From an uncultured virus (IMG/VR IMGVR_UViG_3300021958_000051) (taxonomy: Duplodnaviria > Heunggongvirae > Uroviricota > Caudoviricetes): a stretch of DNA of 64,000 bases. The position numbers and the translations under genes were made by a program. The notes beneath the pieces were generated by a model. It was not told the origin of the DNA. It did not search any database and was given only the letters and a program-made list of their open reading frames with translations. Location: positions 1 through 64,000 of the IMG/VR virus record IMGVR_UViG_3300021958_000051; one strand, written 5' to 3'. Below are positions 56,885 through 64,000 of this stretch, one piece after another (position 1 is the first letter of the stretch; every line of letters begins with the position of its first letter).

Positions 56885-58273
56885 ATGAATATGACCCCCG
56901 ACCATGTGGAAAGTTATTTTTCCAAATATGGAAGAACGTTTCAAGAAAAAATCTTCCAAGCAATGTTAACAGATCACACATGGTCTGCGCAAATGATTGA
57001 AGTAATGACCCCTGAATACTTTGAATTAAAGTATCTATCTTATCTTTGTGATCGTCATTTTAATTTTTATCACAAATATAAGAATTTTCCAACAATGCAG
57101 CTTCTTGTTTCTATTATTAGAGATGAATTAACAACAGGAGATGACGTCGTTTTACGTGAGCAAGTAATTGAATATCTTTCACGTGTTAAAAATTCGCCAA
57201 ATCAAGGTGATTTAGAATTTGTTAAAGAAAAAACTCTTGATTTTTGCAAAAAACAAGTATTACGTCAAGCTTTAGAAGACTGCGTACAAGCAATCACAGC
57301 AGAAAATTATGAGTCGGTTTTGAGTATCATGAAAGATGCTGTTTCTAAAGGTACACCTGCTACAATTGGTCATGATTTCTTTGAAGATTATGAAGCACGT
57401 TTTACTCGTTTAACTCGTATTTGCTGCCCAACAGGACTTGATGCATTGGACAAAAAAGAAGTTTTAAATGGAGGTCTTGCACGTGGTGAAATTGGAGTTA
57501 TAACAGCACCAACAGGAGTTGGAAAATCTCACTGGTTGGTTCACTGTGGTGCTGAAGCTCTGAAGCGAGGCAAAAATGTTTTGCATTATACATTCGAGCT
57601 AACTGAAACAGCTGTAGGTGTTCGATATGACTCTCACCTTTGTGGTATTAACTCAACTGATGTGATCGAGAAAAAAGATGAAATTTTGAGTAGGTATGAA
57701 GGTAATGATTACGGTCGATTGATAATTAAAGAATACCCAACTGGATCAGCAAGTATCGTGACTATTAAAAATCATTTAGAAAAATTGGCAATGAGAGACT
57801 TTAAACCTGGATTAATTGTAATTGATTATGCGGATATTATGAGGTCAACACGTCAATATGATTCTTTGCGTCATGAACTTAAGTTGATTTATGAGGAATT
57901 AAGAAACTTAGCGATGGAACTAAAAATACCAATTTGGACAGCATCGCAAGCAAATAGAGAAGCCTCTGATAAAGAAGTTGTAGGACTTGGCAATATGTCT
58001 GAAGCATATGGAAAAGCTATGGTTGCCGACGTTGTTCTTTCAATATCACGCAAACAATTAGAAAAAGCAACAGGAGCTGCACGCCTGTTCGTTGCAAAAA
58101 ATCGTGCGGGACAAGACGGAATTCTATTTCCAATTAGAATTGATACAGCAAGAAGTCATTTTGAAATAATTGACGATCCTAATTCACTTTCTGTATTGGA
58201 CATGGTAGAATCCGCGCATACAGGCACCAAAGACATGCTTAAGTCTAAGTGGAAAGAAATAACAGGAAAATAA
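56885..58273 (+). CDS. dnaB: replicative helicase (DnaB/T4 gp41-like)
   Basis: PTGLDALD, Walker A APTGVGKS, YTFEL, IVIDYADIM, WTASQANR and KNRAG. Confidence 0.93.
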   Translation: MNMTPDHVESYFSKYGRTFQEKIFQAMLTDHTWSAQMIEVMTPEYFELKYLSYLCDRHFNFYHKYKNFPTMQLLVSIIRDELTTGDDVVLREQVIEYLSRVKNSPNQGDLEFVKEKTLDFCKKQVLRQALEDCVQAITAENYESVLSIMKDAVSKGTPATIGHDFFEDYEARFTRLTRICCPTGLDALDKKEVLNGGLARGEIGVITAPTGVGKSHWLVHCGAEALKRGKNVLHYTFELTETAVGVRYDSHLCGINSTDVIEKKDEILSRYEGNDYGRLIIKEYPTGSASIVTIKNHLEKLAMRDFKPGLIVIDYADIMRSTRQYDSLRHELKLIYEELRNLAMELKIPIWTASQANREASDKEVVGLGNMSEAYGKAMVADVVLSISRKQLEKATGAARLFVAKNRAGQDGILFPIRIDTARSHFEIIDDPNSLSVLDMVESAHTGTKDMLKSKWKEITGK

Positions 58274-58292
58274 AATTTATTGGAGAAATTAG

Positions 58293-60779
58293 ATGTACGA
58301 TTACAACGAAGTGTATCAAGCCAGCCTTGAATACTTTAACGGAGATGAATTAGCGGCTAGCGTGTTTGCCGGAAAATATGCCTTGCAAGATGCTGAAGGC
58401 AATTATTTAGAAAAAACACCAAAAGACATGCACAAAAGGCTTGCTAAAGAATTTGCAAGAATTGAGGATAAATACCCAAATCCAATGTCAGAATTAGAAA
58501 TATTTAGATTGCTGCATAATTTTGAATATATCGTTCCTCAAGGTTCTCCAATGAGCGGTATTGGAAATGAATCAAAGATACAATCTTTATCCAATTGTTT
58601 CGTAATACAGGCTCCTTATGATAGCTACGCAGGTATTTTAACAGCAGATCAAGAACAAGTTCAAATCATGAAGCGTCGAGGTGGTGTAGGTTTTGATGTT
58701 TCTACAATCCGTCCAAAAGGATTGTCTACTTCAAATGCTGCGAAAACAACTGACGGTATTGAAGTCTTTATGGAAAGGTTTTCAAACTCATGTCGTGAGG
58801 TCGCACAAGGTGGTCGTCGAGGCGCCTTAATGTTGTCTATCTCAGTTCATCATCCGCAAGTTATGGATTTTATTAAAATTAAGCGTGATCTTAAAAAGGT
58901 AACCGGTGCAAATATATCAGTTCGTGTAACAGATGAGTTTATGAATGCGGTTAAGCATGGTGATCATTATCAGCTTCGATGGCCTGTTGAAAGTATAGCT
59001 GAAGGTGGCGGTGTTCCTGAAATCGAAGAGAAGGTACTTGCTCGAGATGTTTGGGATTCTTTAATTGAGTCTGCACATGCATCAGCAGAACCTGGTGTTT
59101 TATTTTGGGACACTGCAAAAAGGAACACGCCTTCTGACGTTTATGAAGGACAAGGATTTGGTTCTGTTTCTACTAATCCTTGCGGTGAAATTATACTTTC
59201 TCCGTATGATTCGTGTCGTTTAATGCTTGTTAATCTTACATCTTTCGTACAAAATGCTTGGACACAAGAAGCTTATTTTGAATGGGGTAAATTTGCTAAT
59301 ATAGTTCAAAAAGCCCAACGTCTAATGGATGATATGATTGATTTAGAAATAGAACAAATTGACAAAATCATGGACAAGATACGTCGTGATCCCGAACCTG
59401 ATGATGTTAAAGAAATCGAACTTAGGTTATGGCATAAAATAAGACAAGCGGCAGGTGTAGGTAGAAGAACAGGATTAGGTATAACAGGTTTAGGCGATTG
59501 TATTGCAATGCTAAACCAGCAGTATGGAGATCCAGAATCGATCAAAACAACCGAAGAAATCTACAAATGGTTGGCTTTGAATTCATACGAGTCTTCAATT
59601 CAATTGGCAAAAGAACGTGGAGCATTTACATGTTGGATGCACGAAAAAGAAAAAGATCATCCGTTTCTTCAAAGAATTATTTCAAACTTGTTGCCTGAGC
59701 GTCAAGAAGATTATAAAAAATATGGAAGACGTAATATTGCAAATACAACAACAGCCCCTGCCGGATCTGTTTCATGCTTGACACAAACAACAAGTGGCAT
59801 TGAACCAGCTTTTATGCTTTACTATAAGCGTCGTAAAAAGGTTCAGAATAATGAAGAAGTGACTTTTGTTGATGACCTAGGTGATAAATGGACAGAGTTT
59901 TTGGTGTATCACCACAAATTTAAGGAGTGGATGGATCATTGGCATCTTGGAGACAATGAAGTTGACGATGTAATTCAGAATAGTCCGTATGCCGGAGCAA
60001 CTGCAAATGAGATTGATTGGGTTGCAAAAGTAGACCTTCAAGCAGCAGCACAAAAATGGGTATGTCATGCTATTTCAAATACAACTAACCTCCCTAACGA
60101 TATCGATGTAGAAACTGTTAAAAAGGTATATATGAAAGGTTGGGAGACTGGCTGTAAAGGAATAACAGTTTATCGAGACGGTTCTCGCTCCGGTGTTCTT
60201 GTCTCTGCTGATGAAAAGAAAGAAACAAAATTTGAACAACGATCTGCTCCAAAAAGACCTGAAGTTTTAGAATGTGATATTTTTCATACAAGTGTCAAAG
60301 GAGAACGCTGGGTTGTTATGGTTGGACTTTTGGAAGGTAAGCCTTATGAGGTATTAGGAGGTGAAGCAAAATTAATAGAAATACCACGCAAGTTAACTAA
60401 AGGAACATTGTCAAAACGTGTCTTTAAAACGACAAACAGCAAGTATGACTTAACTGTAGGTGAAGGTGACGGAGAGCTTTCTATTAAGGATGTTGTTTCT
60501 GTATTTGATAATCCTAATCACGCAGGTTATACGCGAGTTATTTCAACTTCTTTACGTCATGGTGTACCAGTACAATTCCTTGTTGAACAAATGCAAAAAG
60601 ATAAAAATGCAGATTTGTTTTCTTTTAGCAAGGTTATTTCACGTTGTTTAAAGACTTATATTAAAGACGGTACTAAGTCAAGTGTCAAGATATGTCAAAA
60701 TTGTGGAGCAGAAGATAGTATAGTTTATCAAGAAGGCTGCGAAATGTGTAAATCTTGTGGAAGTTCCAAATGTGGATAG
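58293..60779 (+). CDS. nrdJ: class II (adenosylcobalamin-dependent) ribonucleotide reductase
   Basis: SLSNCF, GGVGFD, QGGRRGA, TNPCGE, SCRL, RRTGLG, APAGSVS and GCKGITVYRDGSR; C-terminal TSCPD-like domain and Zn ribbon (CQNC...CEMCKSCGSSKC); no nrdB beside it. Confidence 0.9.
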   Translation: MYDYNEVYQASLEYFNGDELAASVFAGKYALQDAEGNYLEKTPKDMHKRLAKEFARIEDKYPNPMSELEIFRLLHNFEYIVPQGSPMSGIGNESKIQSLSNCFVIQAPYDSYAGILTADQEQVQIMKRRGGVGFDVSTIRPKGLSTSNAAKTTDGIEVFMERFSNSCREVAQGGRRGALMLSISVHHPQVMDFIKIKRDLKKVTGANISVRVTDEFMNAVKHGDHYQLRWPVESIAEGGGVPEIEEKVLARDVWDSLIESAHASAEPGVLFWDTAKRNTPSDVYEGQGFGSVSTNPCGEIILSPYDSCRLMLVNLTSFVQNAWTQEAYFEWGKFANIVQKAQRLMDDMIDLEIEQIDKIMDKIRRDPEPDDVKEIELRLWHKIRQAAGVGRRTGLGITGLGDCIAMLNQQYGDPESIKTTEEIYKWLALNSYESSIQLAKERGAFTCWMHEKEKDHPFLQRIISNLLPERQEDYKKYGRRNIANTTTAPAGSVSCLTQTTSGIEPAFMLYYKRRKKVQNNEEVTFVDDLGDKWTEFLVYHHKFKEWMDHWHLGDNEVDDVIQNSPYAGATANEIDWVAKVDLQAAAQKWVCHAISNTTNLPNDIDVETVKKVYMKGWETGCKGITVYRDGSRSGVLVSADEKKETKFEQRSAPKRPEVLECDIFHTSVKGERWVVMVGLLEGKPYEVLGGEAKLIEIPRKLTKGTLSKRVFKTTNSKYDLTVGEGDGELSIKDVVSVFDNPNHAGYTRVISTSLRHGVPVQFLVEQMQKDKNADLFSFSKVISRCLKTYIKDGTKSSVKICQNCGAEDSIVYQEGCEMCKSCGSSKCG

Positions 60780-60811
60780 ATAATTAAACTTATATTACAT
60801 GGGAGCCAAGA

Positions 60812-61318
60812 ATGAATCTTACGAGAAATAAATTAAGAAAACTAATTTTAGAAACACTTGAAGAAGCAAGATACACTGATCAAACTGCAGCGAGATACGG
60901 ACAAGCAGGGGCTTTTGGCGGAGGAATGCTTGGCACAATTCCAGCTCCTGTTGCAATTGCAACAGCACCAGTAGGTGCTTATTTAGGCGAAAAAATTGGA
61001 ACAATGATCGCAAATTACCGAGGCTTTAAGACGGGTCCAGTCCCAGCGGATGACCCTTTACACCCAGCTAATTTATTTGAGTTTGCACAAGCTGCTGAAT
61101 TTAACCTTCAAAGAATTGAACAAAACATAAGAGAAAACGGAGGATTTGAAAATAAGATAGTTTACAGTGTAGATGATTTTGACATATTAGAAAATCCAGA
61201 CACAGCGCTTCTTGTTACAATTATTGAAAAGTTAGGCCTAGCAGATCCTTCACCTATCATTTCAAAAGCAGTAAATTTTGTAAGCAAAATACCGGTAATT
61301 GGACCGATGCTTACTTAG
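60812..61318 (+). CDS. hypothetical protein with shared leader and glycine zipper
   Basis: MNLTRNKLRKLILETLEE; GQAGAFGGGMLG...VGAYLGEKIG. Confidence 0.75.
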   Translation: MNLTRNKLRKLILETLEEARYTDQTAARYGQAGAFGGGMLGTIPAPVAIATAPVGAYLGEKIGTMIANYRGFKTGPVPADDPLHPANLFEFAQAAEFNLQRIEQNIRENGGFENKIVYSVDDFDILENPDTALLVTIIEKLGLADPSPIISKAVNFVSKIPVIGPMLT

Positions 61319-61341
61319 TTTTTAAATTTAAATTTAATCTT

Positions 61342-61377
61342 AAGGCACATGTACATGTGCCTTTTTTTGTGTATAAT
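61342..61377 (+). terminator. intrinsic terminator overlapping a sigma70-like promoter
   Basis: Perfect 22-bp palindrome AAGGCACATGTACATGTGCCTT then T run; ATGTAC (61349-61354), 17 nt, TATAAT (61372-61377). Confidence 0.8.
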
Positions 61378-61402
61378 AAAAGTATAACACAAAGGAGTAA
61401 AA

Positions 61403-62005
61403 ATGCTTTGGACATTTAATACAGATCAAAGAATTAAAGAATGTGAGTTAAGAGACAACCCAATTATTATCCGGGTAAATAAATTTGACGAACAAAGCGC
61501 ACAAGAGTTTTGCACTAACATGTCTCTTGCGCATTGTACAGGACAAGAAATCATACCTATCGTAATCGATTCATATGGTGGTCAAGTTTATAGCCTAATG
61601 AGGATGATTGGGGCAATTAAAGCATCTCGACTTCCTGTTGCAACAATTGTAGAAGGTAAAGCAATGAGTTGTGGGGCTATCTTGTTTTCTTTTGGCGAAG
61701 AAGGCAGAAGATATATGGATCCTCATGCAACTGTCATGATTCATGATGTTTCGTCTGGTGCAATTGGAAAAATTGAAGAAATCAAAGCAAACGCTAAAGA
61801 GTCAGAAAGGCTAAACGATCAAGTTTACGAAATGATGGCACGTAATTGCGGTCAACCTGATGAATTCTTTAAAAATAAAGTCCATGAAATTGGTCATGCA
61901 GATCTCTATGTGCCACCAAAAGATGCAAAAGAATGGAATCTGGCAAATCACCTAAGAATGCCAAAATTTGATATCAATATCAAAGTTGAGATGCAGTTTT
62001 CATAA
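61403..62005 (+). CDS. clpP: ClpP-like protease
   Basis: IDSYGGQV, GKAMSCG (Ser), VMIHD (His), ADLY (Asp) and AKEWNLAN. Confidence 0.88.
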   Translation: MLWTFNTDQRIKECELRDNPIIIRVNKFDEQSAQEFCTNMSLAHCTGQEIIPIVIDSYGGQVYSLMRMIGAIKASRLPVATIVEGKAMSCGAILFSFGEEGRRYMDPHATVMIHDVSSGAIGKIEEIKANAKESERLNDQVYEMMARNCGQPDEFFKNKVHEIGHADLYVPPKDAKEWNLANHLRMPKFDINIKVEMQFS

Positions 62006-62048
62006 TAAATTAATCATATCCTCCTAATTATAATAAAAGGGAGGAAAC

Positions 62049-62501
62049 ATGATTTCTGATTTATTATTAACATATATTGCTTGTACAAAAGCAACAGAAA
62101 TGTGGTTCCATGCAGCTCATCACGTTACCAAAGGTAAAGGGTTTGCAGGGGACCACAATATTTTATATTCAAAAATATACGAATTGTTAGGCGATGACTA
62201 TGATTCTTTAGTTGAAAAAGGTATCGGTCTTTTTGATGAAGAACAACTTGCTTGTCCTATATTAATATCTCAAATAGCATCTAAATTGTTGTCAAATTTC
62301 CAGTCTCCTGTTAATTGTAGTGATCATGAAATAGCAACAACAGGTTTACAGGTTTTAATTGATCATTTGCAAAGCTTAGAATACTTGTACGATGAGCTTG
62401 AAAATAGTGAATCGTTTACTATTGGATTTGATGATCTTTTAGCTTCGATGGCAAATGAATATGAGAGATATATATACATGTTAAAACAACGTATTAAGTA
62501 G
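62049..62501 (+). CDS. ferritin/Dps-like four-helix protein
   Basis: FHAAHHVTKG..FAGDH.LY..IYE...DYDSLVEK and terminal ERYIYML resemble the Dps ferroxidase pattern. Confidence 0.7.
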   Translation: MISDLLLTYIACTKATEMWFHAAHHVTKGKGFAGDHNILYSKIYELLGDDYDSLVEKGIGLFDEEQLACPILISQIASKLLSNFQSPVNCSDHEIATTGLQVLIDHLQSLEYLYDELENSESFTIGFDDLLASMANEYERYIYMLKQRIK

Positions 62502-62509
62502 GATAATAT

Positions 62510-63409
62510 ATGGCAATAGATAAGGTATTTTATAACGAAGCTTCTGCAGCTAAATTAGGTTGGACACCTGAATGGTTTGGAGTCGAAGAATTTGATCAAA
62601 AGCTTGTAAAGGCAATTAGAGAATGGCAAAAAAAAGCAGGAATTACTCCTGATGGAATGTGTGGGCCTGGAACCCATAGAAGAATTATGGCAGAAAGATT
62701 GGCCAATATTGATGACTATGAGCCTGATTTAATTCTTGAAAAAGATGAAAATTTTATTGTTCATCAAGGTAATTTTATTCCTATTGATTGGAAAAAAGTT
62801 GTTCTCTGGTCAGAACCCAATGGTTTGGCAATTGAAAAAGCTTATACACCTTATTTTGAAAAAAGAAAAATTAACATGTTTGTTAATCACTGGGACGTCT
62901 GTTTAGACTCTAAATCATGCGCAAGAGTTTTAAATAATCGCGGCGTCTCAGTTCATTTCTGTATTGATAATGACGGAACAATATATCAACTACTTGATAC
63001 AAATCATGCAGCGTGGCATGGAAGCACTAGAAAAGTTAATCATAGTTCAATTGGTGTAGAAATTGCCAATGCTTATTATCCAAAATATCAGTCTTGGTAT
63101 AAGAAGAAAGGATTTGGAGAAAGACCTCTTATGGAAAATGCTGTTGTTCATGGAGGAAAACTTGATCCTTTTACTTGGTTTTATCCGGAACAAATTAAAG
63201 CCCTTCAGGCTTTATGGAAAGCAGTTCATGATGCAACAGGCATACCTTACGAATGTCCTGTAGACGCTAATGGAAATACATCAACAACAGTAGATAGAAA
63301 AGTAGCTGGCGGAACTTTTAAAGGTTTTGTTAGTCATTATCACGTGACAAAAAAGAAAATAGACTGTGCAGGATTAGATATCAAAAACTTGCTTAATGAA
63401 ATTAAATAA
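62510..63409 (+). CDS. N-acetylmuramoyl-L-alanine amidase with peptidoglycan-binding domain (endolysin candidate)
   Basis: AIREWQKKAGITPDGMCGPGT (PG-binding); VNHWD, SVHFCIDNDGTIYQ, AWHG, SIGVEI, SHYH and KIDCAG (Amidase_2). Confidence 0.88.
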   Translation: MAIDKVFYNEASAAKLGWTPEWFGVEEFDQKLVKAIREWQKKAGITPDGMCGPGTHRRIMAERLANIDDYEPDLILEKDENFIVHQGNFIPIDWKKVVLWSEPNGLAIEKAYTPYFEKRKINMFVNHWDVCLDSKSCARVLNNRGVSVHFCIDNDGTIYQLLDTNHAAWHGSTRKVNHSSIGVEIANAYYPKYQSWYKKKGFGERPLMENAVVHGGKLDPFTWFYPEQIKALQALWKAVHDATGIPYECPVDANGNTSTTVDRKVAGGTFKGFVSHYHVTKKKIDCAGLDIKNLLNEIK

Positions 63410-63554
63410 AAGCAAGTCTAGGTTATAATTATTAAACGAGTAAATATTTGCTCATTTAAGTTTAGTTTGTTGAGTCATGAATGTTGCAGTTAGTCTTAGT
63501 TGAAAATATTAGTATGCGATGTTTTCTAAAATATTTTTTAGGCAGAGGTAGATA

Positions 63555-64000
63555 GTGCCTAAAATTAATAGAAGAAAACTAAAAACTAATGACAAAATAA
63601 TTGTAAAAGATAATTTCACAGGGGTTATAAGAAAAATAATCTTTCCCCACGAAACAGATTTTGGCATTGAAGGCGATTCAGAATTTGCTGAAAAAATTAG
63701 ATTTTTTAACGGACTTAGTGGATCATTAACAAACTTGACAGATGGTACGTCTTATTTAATTGCCGGTGCTGGAACTTCAATAACAACCGGTTCAAATGGC
63801 GCAATAACAATTGAAGTAGATGGAACTGGTGGTTCTGGTACAATAACAGGTGTCACGGCAGGATCTGGATTATCAGGTGGAGGAATATCTGGTGGAGTAA
63901 CTCTTGATTTAGCCTTTGATGAACTATCATCAGTTACACCAACATTAAATGATACTTTAGCAACATTAGATTCTGACGAAACAACTCATCAGAGAACAAC
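63555..64000 (+). CDS. 3'-truncated tail fibre/structural protein
   Basis: GAGGT RBS, GTG start, open to the window end: GLSGSLTNLTDGTSYLIAG...ITGVTAGSGLSGGGISGGVTL, fibre-like Gly repeats. Not in the ORF track. Confidence 0.7.
   Translation, partial: MPKINRRKLKTNDKIIVKDNFTGVIRKIIFPHETDFGIEGDSEFAEKIRFFNGLSGSLTNLTDGTSYLIAGAGTSITTGSNGAITIEVDGTGGSGTITGVTAGSGLSGGGISGGVTLDLAFDELSSVTPTLNDTLATLDSDETTHQRT

Noticed and set aside
54783..60779. Inteins or introns in recA, helicase or nrdJ (also terL)
   Set aside because: Protein lengths are ordinary, motifs are contiguous, and no intein or LAGLIDADG signatures were seen.
2696..63263. Short ORFs nested in or antisense to long genes (e.g. 12038-12466, 18844-19164, 35536-35916, 41452-41868)
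   Set aside because: They lie fully inside well-supported genes, have no RBS or motifs, and show composition typical of shadow frames.
63410..63554. Structured RNA in the amidase-fibre intergenic region
   Set aside because: Only weak AU/GU pairings, expected at this base composition.
1..64000. Genome-wide stop-codon reassignment (TGA=Trp or TAG=Gln)
   Set aside because: Long conserved genes are intact under code 11, and TGA/TAG terminate genes at expected ends (e.g. 14492, 35091, 46397). The UGA at 27736 is therefore site-specific.
1..64000. CRISPR arrays, tRNA/rRNA genes, integrase or IS elements
   Set aside because: No regularly spaced repeats, cloverleaf or recombinase/transposase motifs seen by eye, and intergenic gaps are short. 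A tRNAscan run would be needed to be sure.

Overview
This 64-kb window is the core of a large, AT-rich, T4-like (contractile-tailed) dsDNA bacteriophage genome, almost all on the + strand. It carries DNA-processing genes (RuvC-like resolvase, primase, fused Mre11-Rad50); a head module (TerL, portal, prohead protease, scaffold, major capsid); an accessory block at about 20-29 kb; neck and tail genes (two tandem sheath genes, tube, gp26-like chaperone, tape measure, baseplate); and replication/metabolism genes (mini family-A polymerase, gp32-like SSB, RecA/UvsX, 5'-3' exonuclease, DnaB-like helicase, class II RNR, ClpP, Dps-like protein, amidase). Main signals not in the ORF track: (1) an in-frame UGA at 27736 followed by a bacterial-SECIS-like hairpin and 127 more sense codons ending in an ATGA overlap with the next gene, i.e. 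a candidate phage selenoprotein; (2) a shared N-terminal amphipathic leader ending in [LI]xE on about 12 unrelated proteins (PAP2-Fic, DEDDh nuclease, LysM-lysozyme, HNH, Cys-rich and membrane proteins), suggesting a capsid-targeting and prohead-protease-processed cargo system; (3) a probable +1/-2 programmed frameshift at a T8 run upstream of the tape measure gene; (4) a candidate structured RNA and two promoter classes. All calls come from reading motifs by eye; no database searches were run.
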